Shown here one piece after another: positions 20,707-21,461 of a DNA stretch of 21,461 nucleotides. A model generated the notes under the pieces. It had not been told where the DNA came from and searched no databases. It was given only the letters and a program-made list of their open reading frames with translations. Source of the DNA: Fonticula alba ATCC 38817 (Eukaryota > Protista > Nucleariida); NCBI GenBank assembly GCA_000388065.2, contig KB932214.1; one strand, written 5' to 3'. The position numbers and the translations under genes were made by a program. Positions within the stretch are counted from its first letter, which is position 1. Each line of letters opens with the position of its first letter.

Positions 20707-21397
20707 CTATCCCTTGAATGGACATTCAGCAAACCTCTCTTTCGCTCGCCTTTTCATGTGTGTGTGTGCGCGCATCTCCTTTGCCATCTGCGGGAGGGGG
20801 GGGGAGGACGCCAGACGCATGCTCACGAAGGTGCATGCGTCTGCACGGACACGGGGGCGCTTTTGTGTTGGGCTCGCCTCCAGACGGCCGGGCGTTTTTC
20901 TTTCCATTTTCTCCACGCCCGAGACCGCCGCGCACGTGTGCCAGGGAACTGGAGTGGGGGGCGGGCCGGACCGTCCCTTGTCTCTTGTCCCCCCCCTCCC
21001 CCGCGGGTCAGTGGCGCGGCAGCCGGTCGGTCGCCCAGGAACAGGCCCAGGCCCGTTGGGAGCTGCGGCTGATCGGGCCCGGCCAGCCATGAGTCCCGGC
21101 CCGGCGTCCGGCCCCCATCCCCCGCCCCCCCCCCCCTCCAGGGCAGGCGGACGGATGGGGGTGCTGCGTGTGCCGGCGGCGAACAACGCGCCCCGGGGGT
21201 TGGCCGGGTTCCTTCGCCGGCCGGGGCGCCGCAGAGGGCCGTGCACCCGGGGACGCGCGCCCAGCCGCGGACCAAATATTGCGCCCGGCGCAGGGCAGAC
21301 CAACGCTCCTCCGGCCGGCATGGGCGACCCCACCCCCCGCGCCCGGCGGGCGAAGGACAATGCACCGGCCCAGTCCGTGGCCGGCGTGGCCCACACG
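20707..21397 (-). CDS. Possible last exon of a minus-strand gene that starts beyond the window (tentative)
   Basis: Minus strand: C tract plus TTCTAG acceptor at 21400-21398, open frame to TAG at 20709-20707, AATAAA at 20702-20697. No recognisable domain and no clear branch site. Confidence 0.18.
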
Positions 21398-21461
21398 CTA
21401 GAAGGGGGGGGGGGGGCAGTCCGGCGCTGCTTGACCCCCGGGGCGGGACACCTAACACCGG

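Overview
GC-rich (C/G-tract and microsatellite-rich) eukaryotic nuclear DNA from a draft assembly with two N gaps. It holds five well-supported protein genes, reconstructed by hand from motifs and splice signals: a MAK/ICK-type CMGC kinase (+, 39-3354, 3 exons), splicing factor YJU2/CCDC94 (+, 5753-6979, single coding exon), an isochorismatase-domain ISOC1/2-like protein (-, 7322-8333, 3 exons), the Ski2 DExH RNA helicase (+, 9536-16617, 14 exons) and nuclear-encoded complex I 49 kDa subunit NDUFS2/nad7 with a presequence (+, 17959-20068, 5 exons). The style would fit a unicellular opisthokont such as Fonticula, but this is a guess I cannot confirm. Most long ORFs in the six-frame track are GC-driven artefacts. 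Main observations: (1) an Illumina adapter at 451-470 sits between two identical 155-bp copies inside the kinase gene, so the 5' end is misassembled; (2) all 21 coding-region introns have donor GT[G/A/T]CG, i.e. invariant +4C, unlike canonical GTRAG; (3) a possible unannotated HotDog/acyl-CoA-thioesterase-like gene or relic lies on the minus strand at about 4230-4890; (4) at least four of five start codons follow an intron acceptor within 1-20 nt. No rRNA, tRNA, CRISPR array or mobile element was recognised, and I found no convincing multi-gene novel system.
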